From the NCBI GenBank assembly GCA_965240325.2, contig OZ251223.1:2976001-3040000 (forward strand): 64,000 nucleotides of DNA. The letters run 5' to 3'. Within the stretch, counting starts at the first letter, position 1. The number at the start of each line of letters is the position of its first letter. The stretch comes from Rebecca billardiae RCC1528. Its lineage: Eukaryota; Protista; Haptophyta. A model generated the notes under the pieces. That model was not told the origin of the DNA. It saw nothing but the letters and a program-made list of their open reading frames with translations, and made no database searches. This document shows, piece after piece, positions 1 to 11,270 of this stretch. The translations under genes were made by a program, and so were the position numbers.

Positions 1-656
1 GACCCTGTCGTCTCAGTCGTACTGCATGCCGGTCTCAAGCGCAAGGATCGCTCCCGTCTGTGCCTCGGCCGCCCACGGCGCGTACAGTTTGGTGCGCAGG
101 CAGTCGACCTCCTCCGGTGCGAAGGTGCGCTGGCTGTGGCGGTCGCCCAGGCACATCATGCCCGCGTGGATGAGACGCCTGCGATGGCGTGCGGCACGCT
201 GCCGGGGTGGCTCGAGCTGCCCGCTGGCTCGGCAGCTGCTGTGTCAGCAGTCACGGAAGAGGTCGCGTCAGCGTGCGGGCAGCTGCCTGCCGCGCTAGGC
301 GCGACATCGTGCTGCTCGTGCGTGTCGAGACTCGCGTACACCTCCGTGGCGATCGCGGCGCCGCCATCGTCGCCAGCTGACTAGTTTCGTCGTAACGCAA
401 CGAGCTTCGCGCACATTCATCGTCGTTATTCTCAAATTCCCGCCACATTTACTGCGCGCATCACGACGAAACCCAACCCCGCGTCGTCGGATCCACCGCG
501 TGCCACCAATAATTTGGTGAACGAGGCGCGGCACTGCGCCCACGCATGCGTGCGTGCTGCTCGGCCCGGATGATGCTTGCTGTGCGTGCCCATGCGACGG
601 ACCTGTGTGCCATGCACCGCGCTGGCATTGTTGCCACGTCCCACCGCACCGTCGCC

Positions 657-996
657 GCTCGTGTTGCCACTGCTGGTGCTGCCTCTTCTGTCTCTGCCTC
701 TTCTGTCTTCGTGCCACCGCTCGACCCCTGCCATGCACGTGCGAGGCTGTTGCCCGTGTGAGAGAGGTGCTCGCCCGTGTGTTTGGGGCAGTTTCTGCTG
801 TGCTTGCGAACCTGCTGGTCAGAACGCTCGTGTTGCCATTGCTCGTGCTGCCTCTTCTGTCTTCGTGTGCCGCTCGACCGCTGCCGAGCACATGCGACGC
901 TGTGGCTCGTGTGAGAGAGGTGCTCACCTGTGTGTTTGGGGCAGTCTCTGCTGTGCTTGCCAACCTTTTTTTGCTTGCCAACCTGCTGCTCAGAAC
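657..996. repeat. Two diverged tandem copies of a ~170-bp unit
   Basis: 657..825 and 826..996 both start GCTCGTGTTGCCA, share GTGTGAGAGAGGTGCTC and GTGTGTTTGGGGCAGT, and end TCAGAAC; TG-rich, CpG-poor. Confidence 0.85.
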
Positions 997-1281
997 AGAT
1001 CCGACGATGACGATTGCCTGTGCCGCCGTGTTAGCAAACTCCCAGGCCAGCCCACGACTGGCAGGCCTTGGGTCGGCTCTTCCTCCGCTGCGGGCACATC
1101 TCTTTCTCCATGGATACCGGACTTTTTAAGTCCGGGCTCTATGGGGAGCTGAGCAATCTGCCAAGCGGAGCAAGAGCTGATATAAAAAACAGAATGCGTC
1201 CGCAAAGGTTCTCGAAGCGGCTCAGTTCTTCAGCTCCGGAACGCCCGGATTCCCCAGCGGGATCTCGGATTCTCGCGGGCG

Positions 1282-2280
1282 ATGGCCGCGACGATCATTT
1301 GCGCCGTGGCGCTCCAGCTCCTCGGAGCCGTCCATGCCACGGGGAGCGGCGGCTTTGATGCGCTCAAGTCACTTGTCATCTCTCGAGGAGGCCGTGTGCA
1401 CGAGGCTCTCGCACTGCAGTGCCCAGCGCCATGTGGTGCAGACAGAGGAATTTGCTGCACGCGCGCGCTCTCCATGGCCGACGTGTCTGCTGAGCCGCTC
1501 ATTGTCGTGCCCGAGACGCTGGAGATGAACGGAAGGCGAGCTTTGGCATACCTGACTGCGCGTGTCTCGCCAACCACGCTCGCGCGCGCCCCACTCGACA
1601 CACTCGACGACGGCGCACTCCTTGTGCTGTGGCTGGCTGCCCGTCGCCGCGCAGAGGTGCAGGACGAGTGGACGCCGTACGTTGCGATGCTGCCTCGCAA
1701 GCCGACCTGCGCGTGGCTGATGTCTGACGATGAAGCTGACCAAGCCCTGGCACGTGCCCCAGCAGGGGTGCTCCCGCCTCCGGATGAGGTGCGTGCTGAG
1801 CTCGAGCATGCGCGGTCATACGTGACGCGCGTGAGCCAAGGCCTCGCACGCGACTACGGCGCAGAGCTCGGGTTTGAAGCAGACGACGTGCGCTGGGCCA
1901 TGGCGATTGTCTCGTCACGAGCGATGGGCGGCTCGGCCTCGCCGCGCCTCGTGCCATTGCTCGACCTGCTCAACCATCACGACGACGCGAGTGGGTTTGT
2001 GGGCTATGACGGGGCGGCGGATGCGGTGCGCCGTGCATCCGGCAGCGACAGCCACGATGCTGCGACCAATACGCCGGCAACGTGGGTCTATGACGGCGAC
2101 GACTGGGCGTGGTGGTCCTTTGACAAGCGCAACCAGCCGCGGGCGCTAGCACCCGGAGACGAGTGCTGCGCGAACTACGCCGTCGCGGACTACTCCCCGC
2201 TCGAGTGGTTCATCAACACCGGCTTTGTTGGCGCCGCTGGCGGTGGTCCAGCAGCGCCATCGTTCTCGGGAGACGCATGA
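1282..2280 (+). CDS. SET-domain lysine methyltransferase (Rubisco LSMT/SETD3-like) with N-terminal signal peptide
   Basis: Motifs WTPYVAMLP, WAMAIVSSRA, LVPLLDLLNHH, GDECCANY; hydrophobic N-terminus MAATIICAVALQLLGAVHA. Confidence 0.85.
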   Translation: MAATIICAVALQLLGAVHATGSGGFDALKSLVISRGGRVHEALALQCPAPCGADRGICCTRALSMADVSAEPLIVVPETLEMNGRRALAYLTARVSPTTLARAPLDTLDDGALLVLWLAARRRAEVQDEWTPYVAMLPRKPTCAWLMSDDEADQALARAPAGVLPPPDEVRAELEHARSYVTRVSQGLARDYGAELGFEADDVRWAMAIVSSRAMGGSASPRLVPLLDLLNHHDDASGFVGYDGAADAVRRASGSDSHDAATNTPATWVYDGDDWAWWSFDKRNQPRALAPGDECCANYAVADYSPLEWFINTGFVGAAGGGPAAPSFSGDA

Positions 2281-2377
2281 GACATGCGTACGTCTTTTAG
2301 TAGTACTAGCTACGCACTACGATAGTAGTCATTCGTATATTTGCTGAATTAACTTGCGCATGTCGTCATAGTATATA

Positions 2378-2995
2378 TTGACGTTGCAAGAAAACCTAGA
2401 GCCCCGGCCCAGCGCGGGAAGCGGCGACATCGCCCTGCGGCGTGGTTCGCCCCGCGCTTGTGGGGGCTAGCGGCTTGCGCATCGCCATCGGAGGAAGTTC
2501 TTGGCGCCTGTGGGATGCTCGTGAAGTGCGTTTGCCCGCGCGAGCACGCGAGGGGTGCATTCCTCTCGCTCGCCTCGCGCCGGCGCGCGTGCGTGCGCTC
2601 GTTCGGACAGCATGTTGAACCCCGCGATCACGACCGCGTGAAGCCCACGCACGTGACATTGTGCCGGATGACAGGGCGCCTGGGGCCGGGCAAGTATACT
2701 ACGGATGCATACGTCGGGATGACATCGTATGCCACCCTCGCTAGTGCACCGAATGCCCCTGATGTGCTGTCCCGCGTGCATCACGACCGTCCGCGTGCCG
2801 TCGTCGAGAGTGACCCACCCAACTTCAGACTGCAATATTAGCTCTTGGCGTGTGAACCAGGCCAAGCGGGTTGTCTGGGCTTCTGAGCGTGGTCGAGGAG
2901 ACCCAGAATGACTTATTGGCCGCACGGCCACCATGCCGCTGGGAGCTAATATTCGCGTCACACCGCCGGGGCTCTAGGTTTCTTTGCACCATCAA
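2378..2995. mobile_element. MITE-like TIR element in TA-rich site
   Basis: Left TTGACGTTGCAAGAAAACCTAGAGCCCCGGC vs reverse complement of right end TTGATGGTGCAAAGAAACCTAGAGCCCCGGC; TATA runs flank both ends. Confidence 0.75.
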
Positions 2996-3870
2996 TATAT
3001 ATATATATATATATTATTATTATTATTTGTCGTATATATATACTACAGTAGATGTCACGTCGATGGATTCCACGATGTTAAATTGATCGAATCGGTGCCA
3101 ACTGCCAATCGTCTGGATTTACTGTTCCGGCGGCGCTAGCCTAGTGCGAGCTCATAGTATAGCGTTCAGTCGTGACTACTGGAATCCCAGCTAGTCGAGC
3201 TACATATGCCAGGCTGTGCTGATGACTGACATCAGTCGGGTGCCTGAGGCTGAGCGCCTGTGTGCGTAGCCTCTTGATGACTCTTACTAGTACGTAACTA
3301 CTGCGCAGTTCGGCAGTACAATTTAGTTAGTTGGTCGCGTACTGCATAGTGCATGACTAAGAGTAAGTAGGCGTAACTACTACTATACTAGCTTACGATT
3401 CCGAATTACAGCGCGTCTCCGTATTTATGAATGTAATCAACATCGTCATCAGCGCGCGTAGCTACTAGCTACGTGTACTACGTATTATGAAGTAGCCGTT
3501 TGTCTTTCTGATGTTTGATCTAGGAAACGTCGTCGTACATGATACCGTAGTTCAGCCGTCGCCGATTGTCTAGTGCCGTCGGAAGACTATGCTGTATGCT
3601 GAGTGTATGCATTCGGCCGTCCGCCTGCGACTATGCGAGGCCTCGGGATGAAGGCTTGTGGCCGCCTCGCGCCTCGCGGCGCACCAGCACCCGTCGTCCT
3701 CGCCCCACCCGCCACCGTTGTCCACAAAACGTCGTCGACCGAACTCTCGAATTGGGCGCCGATGCGACAGCGCGCCGACTGAGGAGAGGATGTAGCAACC
3801 CTTGGATCATGGATGTAGTACTGTACAGCGGGTGGACGGCACCAATGTGGAGCCCCACGCTCGCTTACTG

Positions 3871-4018
3871 TCAATCTCGCCTGCCTAAGCTGTGTGCGTC
3901 TCGTCTTATTCTTAGTAAACTGTATGGTAGGCAGGCTGAGGGACGCGCGCTGGGGGCTGGCCAGGGTTCAATCTCGCCTGCCTGAGCTGTGTGCGTCTCT
4001 TATTCTTAGTAAACTGTA
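3871..4018. repeat. Local duplication of ~50-bp motif
   Basis: TCAATCTCGCCTGCCT(A/G)AGCTGTGTGCGTCTC..TTATTCTTAGTAAACTGTA at 3871 and 3968. Confidence 0.85.
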
Positions 4019-4314
4019 GGGCTGGAGGCTTCGGCCGCCGGCGCCAGTCTGATCACCCGGACAAGGCCCTTGACCCATTCTATGATTTAACGACACAGGT
4101 AGGACGGCGCAGGTCTCCTGATTCGTCGTCGGCAGTGCCCGATCGTCGACACGAAGTCGGCGCTGGTGGCAGAGCATAGCCTGAACCGCGATCGAATGGC
4201 TTGAGCGCGGCCTTGAGCTGCTGGAGCGCGATCCACCTGCGCTGCGCGGCTCGCATGGACCTGCTGTGCCCCGAGCGAGGGCGAGGGTGCAGGTCCGGAT
4301 GTCAGACGGCCGTC

Positions 4315-5100
4315 TCAGCCGCTGGGCCCTGGCGGGTGATCCGGCGGTGATGTAGTCGTCCCCGTGTGCCCTGCGCGGCCGCGTGCGCGCTTGCCGCTCT
4401 GCTCAGCTGGCTTGCTGGCGGCGGCTGGCGCTGCTGCGGCGTGCAGGGTACGCTTTGCCCCCGACTGCTGCGCATCCTCGTCGTCCGAGTCGTCGTCCAT
4501 GGACGAGTCTCGGTCCGCGTGGGGGACAGCAGCTGGAGCAGGCGCAGGTGCTGCGGGCAGAGAGGCCGCCAGCCGCGCCGCCTTGCGCTCCTGGCGTTTC
4601 TCGACGGCGCGCCGCGACGAGGTGCGGCGGCTCGATGGAGATCGAATCCGCCTGCCTTGCGCGTCACGCCGAGGCCCGCGCTTCCCGCGCCGAGGCTTCT
4701 TCTTCCGCTTCTGAGAGTGCTGCTGCTCGCCGTTTGCAGCCTGCACTCCAGTACCCGAGCCCTGCGCGGCGAGCGCGCGCGCCGGCGGAGCCGACTTGCG
4801 CGCTCGGCGCGGGGCGGGATGCAGGGGAGCTTTAGAAGGCGCGCCACCACCTCCCTCGCGCCGCTGGCTGCCACCAGCGGGGGTTCCCTGTGGAGAAGCA
4901 TCAGGCCCTTGTGCATCAGGCGGACGCACAGACACCGTCAGACGGACACTCCCATCTGGCAGGAGGGAGATGTGCACCGCGCGCGGGAGGCCGTCGGCGG
5001 CGGTGAGCCTTGCTGCGTCACGCCAAAGGCGGACGTAGAGGCGCACCCAACGATCCGACAGCCCCTCGGGCAGCAGCGCAGTCACGTCGAGGTCGTCCAT
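4315..5100 (-). CDS. Hypothetical basic/disordered protein (261 aa), probably inside a dispersed repeat element
   Basis: ATG-initiated ORF with folded-looking N-terminus, K/R-rich NLS-like segment and acidic DDDSDDED; flanked by motifs repeated at 7860 and 38907. Confidence 0.45.
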   Translation of the reverse strand: MDDLDVTALLPEGLSDRWVRLYVRLWRDAARLTAADGLPRAVHISLLPDGSVRLTVSVRPPDAQGPDASPQGTPAGGSQRREGGGGAPSKAPLHPAPRRARKSAPPARALAAQGSGTGVQAANGEQQHSQKRKKKPRRGKRGPRRDAQGRRIRSPSSRRTSSRRAVEKRQERKAARLAASLPAAPAPAPAAVPHADRDSSMDDDSDDEDAQQSGAKRTLHAAAAPAAASKPAEQSGKRARGRAGHTGTTTSPPDHPPGPSG

Positions 5101-5303
5101 GCGAGCGTCGCCATGTACACGTGGACAGGAGCGGAGCCCGTTATAAAAAGGGGGAATTTAATAAAAACAGCTCAGCTAGGCAGGCGAGATTTCGTTTTTG
5201 TTGGGGCCACGCTCACAGTCGCGAAGGCACGAACCGTCCACCTTACGTCCACCAACCTCCCAAGCCGTCCACGGCCGCGGTCTTCATCAAGACGCCGGGT
5301 GCG

Positions 5304-6422
5304 ATGAAGCACGTCTCGCGTGACGACGAGCGGATGTGGGAGGCAATGTACGAGGACCGCATTGTCCGCATCGTGAGCCCAAGGCGCGTGGGCGAGGCCA
5401 CTCAGGTCCTGGCGCGCGCGCTCAGTGGCACGCGTACGGCACCGCCCGACCCTGCCATGCACTGTGAGTGGCGGCTCTGCGCATGCGCGCAAGATAACCC
5501 CGCCCGCTTGGTGCTGGCGTGAGCTCACTTGCGCCCGGCGCGCATCGCCCATCATTGATGGTCTGTGCTTCCTCTCCTTGCAGGGTGTCTCGGCAAAGAT
5601 TTCGCCGACTTCAACGATCCTCGCCGCGTCGAGCTGTGCGAAGGCGTCGCCGCAAAGGCCGTCGCGCAAGCAACGTCGGCCAGCGGCGGACTACTCGTCG
5701 GAACGATCGACAGCAAGGGCGTGCTCCAGGGCGTGGCATGTGTGCGCCGCATTGGCCAGGCGCCCTCCCGCCTGCAGAGCGTAGTCGAGCCCCTCGCCAA
5801 CGTTGCCGGCGCCGTCGCGCGCAGCCGCTCAGGCTCAAGCTCGTCACAAGGCGGCCGGAGCCGCTCCGGCTCCCAGGAGCTCAAGGAGGCAGGGGTCGGG
5901 TTCTGGCGGCGCGTCGACGAGGTGCTCGAGCCAGCGGCGCGTCGGATGCACGCGACGCACGGGGTCGGGCCGCACCTGCACGTCGTCATGCTCGGCGTCG
6001 ATCCCGGCGCCCAGGGTCGTGGCCACTGCAGTCGTCTGCTCCGCGCCATCTCGCGCGCAGCGGACGTGCTCGGCATGCCGTGCTACCTGCCGTGCGCGGG
6101 CGCCCGGGGCGCGGCTATCTGCGAAAAGTTGGGGTATGTTCGCGCTGGTGTGTACGACGGAGGCACGCAGCGCGGCGAGGCGGGCGCGCTGAGCGGCCTA
6201 TCCGCAATGCTCCGCACGCCGGACGCTGCAGCCATCAAGGAGCACGTCTACTCGAAGCAATCGCGCGCAAGCTTGGCGGCCGCTACGCTGAAGGGTGCGC
6301 CGACAGTGCCCACGGCGGAAGCCTCGAAGAGAACGCCTGCTCGTGGTCCCTCGACAGGCTTCTTCCGCGTGTTTGGCCCGACCCACGTACCGCGCATGGT
6401 CAAGGCGGGCGGCAACATGTAG
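5304..6422 (+). CDS. GNAT-family acetyltransferase, 2 exons (5304..5463, 5584..6422)
   Basis: GTGAGT..TTGCAG intron 5464..5583 joins the frames (MHWCLGKDF); motif A LGVDPGAQGRGHCSRLL and C-terminal CEKLGY. Confidence 0.85.
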
Positions 6423-6614
6423 CTGAATTCGGCTCATCATCCGCGGTGAGGATCAGGTCGTCGGACGGCTGAAGACACGACGTTGATGTAAACACGACCA
6501 CCTTACACGTACAGTACTTCATGCTGAGTGTAAGTAGTGAGTGAGTGATGAGTGACCTCGGACTCACAGTCGCGGAGCGCGCGGCGGCTCGGCTCAGACC
6601 GCGGCGTCACGGGC

Positions 6615-6772
6615 GGGACTAGGGTGAATCCGCGACTAAAAAGGTGCAAACAGTCGCGTGTTTACCCCCTCGTCGAACGTAGTCGCGGATTCGCCCCTTT
6701 GGGCGCCTTTAGTCGCACGTTTGCGCTAGTCGCGGGTTTGCACCTTTTTAGTCGCGGATTCACCCTAGTCCC
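6615..6772. mobile_element. 158-bp MITE, Mutator/MuDR-like signature
   Basis: 37-bp perfect TIR GGGACTAGGGTGAATCCGCGACTAAAAAGGTGCAAAC; 9-bp TSD GTCACGGGC at 6606..6614 and 6773..6781. Confidence 0.92.
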
Positions 6773-8345
6773 GTCACGGGCACTGAGAGTCCGATATCAG
6801 TAGCGCATAGTATCATCAGTAATCAGCTTCAGCACCAAAATAATTCGGTCGTCGTCCGGCGGTATATCCAGTATAGTCGCGTACAGCAATACTCATCATA
6901 GTATTTTATAACTCATACTACGGTCATAATTGTGAACATAAGGCTGCTCGTGACTGACGCTGACTGATGATATGATGCGCGCGATTTGACGGTAAAGAAT
7001 CTTCGACAGTGACGACGACGCGACTAGCTACTGTGTCTGTCTGTGTGAATGTGTTGACACATGGGGGCCCTGAGATTGAGGCAGACCCAGCTGCAGGCAG
7101 TCACACCGTTGGTAACGGAACCCACAGCGGCCTTGCACAGTCGGACACTGGCCAGCAGGCCACACAGCCACCTGCTGGCTCTGCCAGGCCCCTGGCAGCC
7201 CCCATGACAGGTGCAGGCTGCCTCCTCCGAGTCAAGCTCAGCAAGACAGCCCCCTGCCCGAACGACACTGCCCACCCCCCCAGGCAAATGTGCCTATCCT
7301 AGCACCAACTGGCAGGCCGGCTCAGCCTGCGCAGCAGAGCACGCTACCCCCTGAGGCAAAGAGCAGCAGAAAGAGGAGCGCAAACGACACCTCCCCAGAC
7401 CCCAGGCGTATTAGCCATCGCCACCACTCTGCTTGCGTCCTACAGCGGCCCACGCCCGGACTTGATGCCCGATGTCGCACACATGACCCCCTCTGCCTCC
7501 AAGCCACACGAGTGAAATATAGGCGCCTCACAGACACAGCCAGCAGGGATCGGCTAGTGGCTGGCCCTCTGCCCACACTGGGGCACCCTAGGGGGGGGGG
7601 GGCTTCTGCCGACGACTCGGCTCACACTCGATGATCTCGAATTGCAATCTCTTGACAGTGCACTGCTTGTACCCGCCACCCGGGACCACCCCACAGTGAC
7701 AGTGTTGGGCTTGTATGCTGTTGGCAATGGCATACCCCCGCCCCCTCTGGTGAGTGAGTCTGGAGACTGGAGGCGGGCTGTCCACAGTGGAGTGGTGTCA
7801 GGGCACTAGGTGTCTCGGTCAGTGGTTGGAGGTCAGTGGGTGGGTGGTGCCGCCAGCCCCGGAGCCCGTTATAAAGGGGAATTAATTCATCATCTTATTT
7901 AGCTCAGAGTTATTAGGCGGCAATACGCATCGCTACTCAGGGCGGCTACGGCAGTACGGCTAGATGACGCGATATATATATATATATACTTCTGAGTGCT
8001 CTGAGTCTGATATGACCGTAAACTGAATAATATTATAATGGTTCATCCGATATAATCGTACTAGTCTGAGTAAATCTCGTCCGAGTCTCACAACTGCTAG
8101 TCGTCATCACTCATCAGCTATCAATCGTCATGATGATGATTCAAGGTCACGTAGCTACGGCGCGTAGTCAGACGACGACACTAGTCGATCTGTGTCGCGC
8201 GTCCTTCAAAGCCTCAGTGCTGGCCCTGCTCGTCGGAGACGGAGTGCTCCGGCCGGTGAGATCGCGCAGCTTCACTTCGGACAGTGATCTTCGGACCGAC
8301 ATCACCATGCCCACCCTTGTCCAGGCAGGAGGTGATGTGCGATTG

Positions 8346-11270
8346 CTACCAAGACTTGCTGGCCTTCGTCGGAGTGCTGGCGAGGTCGCGCAGCTTCTCA
8401 ATGATCTCCGCGACACCGTGCCCATCCTTGTCCAGGCAGTCGTCCAACCCAGCCGCCTCGAACTCCAAGCGCTCCACGCAGCCGGCAGGATCGCCTGCGC
8501 TCGCACGACGAGGTGCAGGTGCGCCAGGCGGTGCGCGCGCGGCGTCACAGTCAGCTCGGCGGCGCAGGGCAGGTGAGTGCGCGTACGCACGAGGGTGCAC
8601 GGGGGCATGTGGCCCGCAGCGCGCACCTGTCATGCCGATGATCATGCCGCGATAGCCCAGGGCTCGGATCTCGCGCGCGGCCTGCGCGCCGCCCATGCGT
8701 GGCATCTGATTGTCGAGCACGATCACGGCCGGTGGCGTGCCCGCGGCGAGCGCCGTGCGCACCGCCTGCACCGCCTCGATGCCGTCGTGCGCCTCGTCGT
8801 ACGGGATGCCGAGCGCGTCGAAGGTGCGCACTGGGAACTGAATGAAGGCCGCGCGCGGCGCGGTGCGCGGCGTGGTGTGGTGTGCGCGAGGGTGAGTACG
8901 CTGCGAGGTGCGCACGCGGACAGCACGCGCCGCCTGCCACGCGCAGGCCGCGCGCCGCGCACGCGCGTGCACACCGTCATTCTGAGGAAGGCATCGTCCT
9001 CAACAAACAGAGCGCGCACGTCCGAGCGGACGCGCGGCGGGCTGCCGACGTCGTCCGCAGGCGGCAGATCGGCGGTCGAGCGGCGTGAGGCGGAGGCGGT
9101 CGAGCGCCGAGCCGCCGCCTCGGCCGCCTGCTTCTCCGCTTCGACCGACGCCTCCACGGTCGATGCGCGCAGCGTGCCCACGCGCCGTGACTGCGCCAGC
9201 GTGTCCGCGTCTACTCTCGCCGCGCTCAGCGCCACGCGCAGCAGCCGGAGGACCATCTCGAAGCGGCTGCCCGTGTGCGGCCCGTCGGAGGCGAGGCTCA
9301 GTGAGGAGCCGTTGTGCAGCCGCAGCAGCTCGCGCGTGATGTTGAGGCCCAGGCCGGAGCCGCCGTTGCCCTGCAGCTGCCCGCGCCCGACCTGCGCGAA
9401 CGGAGTGCCCTCGTTCAGCACGCGCAGCTCGTCCGCCGTCAGCCCGACGCCGCTGTCCTCGACCAGGATGTGCACCTCTGCGAGCGGGCGCTTGTCGGCG
9501 GGCGCCGACTCCGCGGCGGCGCTGGCAGCGGGCGCGGCGCTCTGCAGCGCGCCCACAGAGCCCGCGCGGGTCGGCGACTCCTGCGACAGCACGCGCGCGA
9601 CGGACGCGTGCGAGCGCAAGCGCTGCGCACTGCCACCGCCCGGGGGGCCGAGCCACGCGCGCACCTCGACGTGCCCGCCGCGCTCGGTGAACTTGATCGC
9701 GTTCGAGACGCCGTTGTTGAGCGCCTGCAGCAGCCGGCGCGCGTCGCCCTCAAAGCACGGCTCGTCCGCGCGCTCGGTCTTGCACAGCTCGGGCGGGAGC
9801 GGCGGGAAGCGCAAGTCGATGCCACGCTGGGCGGCGAGCCCGTCGAACGTGGCGCGCACGTCAGCGAGCAGCCGCTTGAGCGTGAACGGCTGCGGGACCA
9901 GCACCAGCCTGCCGGAGTCGATGCGCTCGACTGCTCCGAGGGCGAGCGCGGGGCACGCGCGCGCGCAGGGGTGAGCGCGCGCGAGCGCGCGGGGGCGTGC
10001 GCGTGCGCGGCGCCGCGCGGCGCGCACAGTCGAGCATGTCGCTCACGATGCCCTCCATGAGCGCGCTGCACACGCCGAGCGCATCCACATTCGGCCGGAC
10101 TGCCTCGATCATCGCAGCGACGTTCACCGGCGGGGGGCGCTGCGCGGCTGCGTTGGTGGGCGCGCCCTCCCGCCCGCCGTCTGGCTTGCCGAGCATCTGG
10201 CTCAGCGTGGCCGCGATGTTGGACACGGAGAGCAGCGGGCTGCGCAGGTCGTGCATCACCATCCGGATCAGGCGCGAGCGCGCCGCCTTGGCCGCCTCCG
10301 CCGTCAGGTTGCGCTCGCGCTCCGCCGCCGTCTCTGCCTCTGCGGCGCGCCGCTCCTCCGCCTCCTCCTCGGCGCGCGCGAGGGCCTGGCGCACGGTCTC
10401 CCTGAAGTGGTACATCACTCGGAACGAGCGGTGCATGTGGATGCGGCAGAGGAACAGCGTGCCGAGCACGAGCACGAGCGTGGCCGTGCGCGCGAAGCTG
10501 CCGCCCGACACACAGCTGGCGTCCTCGCACGCGGCCGAGGTGACCTGGTCAAGCGTGACGTTCAGCGCGATGATGAGCGCGGCGACCAGGCCGAAGGAGG
10601 CCGGAAAGAGCGGGAGGAAGATGCCCGCGATGCACGGCATCAGCAGCTGGAGCAGCATCGCCTCCTCGCTCGTCGTCCGGCCAGCGGACGGCATGACGTG
10701 CTGCCGGCCAAAGACTGCGGCCACGCGCGCGGGCTTGAAGGCTACGGAGGAGATGAAGGCCTCCACGCAGAGCAGCACCGTGCACAGCACGTTCAGCTCG
10801 AGAACGCGCGCGTTGTGCCCGCTTTTGCGCAGCCACAGACCGAGCAACGCCATCGGGGCCCACAGAGAGGCGCCCACGAGTGCTGCGATGTGCCCGGCTC
10901 CGCCCTGCTCGACGTTGTGGTCGAGCGCGAGCACGAGCGAGCCGGTGGCGACGAAGAGTGAGGAGCCGACGATGATCATGCGTTTGGCGAGTAGCGGACC
11001 CATCTCCACGCGGAAGTACGCCCGCTCCTCCTTGGGATCAGCGAACTGCGTGCACCACGTCAGGTTGGGGGGTGGCACGTCGTCGACGCGCAGGCTGTCC
11101 GAGCCTCGGACAGGCCGCAGGGGGCTTGGGACGGTCGAAGCGCTGCGGTCGCGCGAAGAGATGTCCACGCGCGCTTGGTGGGAGGCACTGACGGTGTCCG
11201 GGCCACTGGCGCCCCCCTCCTCTGCGGGAGACATGGGGATCACCACGGCGTGGCTTGGGAGCTTGCCCAT
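8346..11270 (-). CDS. Multi-TM hybrid sensor histidine kinase (HisKA-HATPase-REC), 4 exons
   Basis: H-box MHDLRSPL, N-box NNGVSNAIKFT, G1 DSGVG, G2 GGSGLGLNI, receiver EDD..VLDNQMP..MTG..DK; inferred GT-AG introns 9931..10027, 8838..8974 and 8495..8626 restore the frame. Confidence 0.9.

Noticed and set aside
295-1152. ORFs across the 170-bp repeat
   Set aside because: Open in several frames on both strands with no domain; coding frame cannot be chosen.
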